A DNA stretch of 62,408 bases, filler included, from Sluysia triapertura (taxonomy: Eukaryota): assembly GCA_046118255.1 (NCBI GenBank). It is 5 parts of 5 records of this genome, joined end to end, with 100 filler letters (N's around TTAATTAATTAA, not from the genome) between each part and the next. Parts side by side here need not be neighbours in the genome. Positions count along the whole stretch, not along the records: positions 51,476 to 62,408 come from JBJNIA010191340.1; 4 more parts are not named here. The stretch is one strand, 5' to 3'. Position 1 is the first letter of the stretch. The number at the start of each line of letters is the position of its first letter. Shown here piece after piece: positions 62,173 through 62,408 of the stretch. Under the pieces are notes generated by a model. It was not told the DNA's origin. It did not search any database and was given only the letters and a program-made list of their open reading frames with translations. The translations under genes and the position numbers were made by a program.

Positions 62173-62408
62173 TAACAAAAAAGAAAATGAATAAACTCTT
62201 GTCTTATAATAATTTAACATGAACTTTCTTTCTTTTACTCATTTATTCTTTACATATTATAAATAAAAATGAAATAAAAATTGATAACATTGAATGTAAT
62301 AACAACAATAATAAGATGTACCATGTTCGAGTTATTGTTGTTATTGTATTGCATAAAATTGAATTCTTTAAAACTGTACACGATCTTCCTTTAATTCTTC
62401 AAGATTTC

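Overview
This is very AT-rich eukaryotic (animal) genomic DNA made of five contigs joined by four identical artificial 100-bp spacers (N44-TTAATTAATTAA-N44). All gene and family calls below come from manual translation and recalled family motifs, not database searches. Spliced host genes, all partial: the 3' end of a basonuclin/disconnected C2H2 zinc-finger gene (+); 9 conventional exons plus 2 candidate micro-exons of ANKAR (+); the first two exons of a chimaerin (-); two WD40 exons of a TAF5/TAF5L-like gene (+); the terminal exon of a CK1/TTBK-type kinase (-), followed closely by an intact Cys-rich single-pass membrane ORF; and five exons of CCDC146 (+). Introns run from 35-36 nt to several kb. 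Introns and intergenic DNA carry decayed DNA transposons (three pogo/Tigger, three mariner, one DD41D Tc1/mariner, several TTAA/piggyBac-type MITEs, a Helitron-like insert), a tRNA-derived element and (ATT)n microsatellites. The main unexplained signal is a set of intronless, decayed ORFs with no family I recognise (about 7.6-8.3, 28.4-29.0, 39.6-40.1, 41.6-42.5, 49.2-50.2, 55.0-55.5 and 59.3-61.7 kb). Two diverged dispersed repeat pairs and promoter-like motif clusters occur with them. They may be remnants of an endogenous large DNA virus or a Maverick-like multigene element. That is inference; no hallmark viral gene was seen.
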